A stretch of DNA of 63,987 nucleotides, filler included, from an uncultured Methanosarcinales archaeon (GTDB taxonomy: Archaea > Nanobdellota > Nanobdellia > Woesearchaeales > UBA12501): assembly GCA_964397315.1 (NCBI GenBank). It is 4 parts of 4 records of this genome, joined end to end, with 100 filler letters (N's around TTAATTAATTAA, not from the genome) between each part and the next. Parts side by side here need not be neighbours in the genome. Positions count along the whole stretch, not along the records: positions 60,908 to 63,987 come from CAYNHV010000059.1; 3 more parts are not named here. One strand, written 5' to 3'. Under the pieces are notes generated by a model that saw nothing but the letters and a program-made list of their open reading frames with translations, was not told the DNA's origin and did no database searches. Below, piece by piece: positions 63,963 through 63,987 of the stretch; the stretch's first letter is position 1; the number at the start of each line of letters is the position of its first letter. The translations under genes were made by a program, and so were the position numbers.

Positions 63963-63987
63963 CAGTGGGTTTAAAGAAAATCCCGAC

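Overview
Archaeal DNA, most consistent with a DPANN (Woesearchaeota-like) metagenome-assembled genome. The evidence is a fused PriS-PriL primase, archaeal histone/Hjc/Alba/RNase P proteins, BHB-intron tRNAs and class-III-signal surface proteins. The window is four pieces joined by artificial N/TTAATTAATTAA linkers (20824-20923, 40885-40984, 60808-60907), so synteny across those points is not meaningful. Piece 1 holds the S10-spc ribosomal superoperon (uL3 to SecY and DUF106) and the primase. Piece 2 has housekeeping and surface genes, a TA pair, citrate synthase, PGK and three tRNAs. Piece 3 opens with an AT-rich ~6.7 kb integron-like cassette array (40985-47695), followed by ahcY, Lrp, a transglutaminase, two tRNAs, RNase HII and a large surface protein. 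Piece 4 has a kinase, a GT2 and a sulfotransferase. The most notable observations are: (i) the cassette array, with 6 cassettes and 7 attC-like junctions, 9-bp self-complementary cassette ends, gene-bracketing inverted repeats, a conserved subterminal hairpin module and three junctions of only 25-26 bp; (ii) a four-gene cassette (2x radical SAM + NDK + NUDIX); (iii) hairpin mini-elements beside tRNA genes that duplicate tRNA ends, plus tRNA-Ser genes with D-loop and T-loop introns; (iv) a three-copy ~210-nt structured non-coding repeat.
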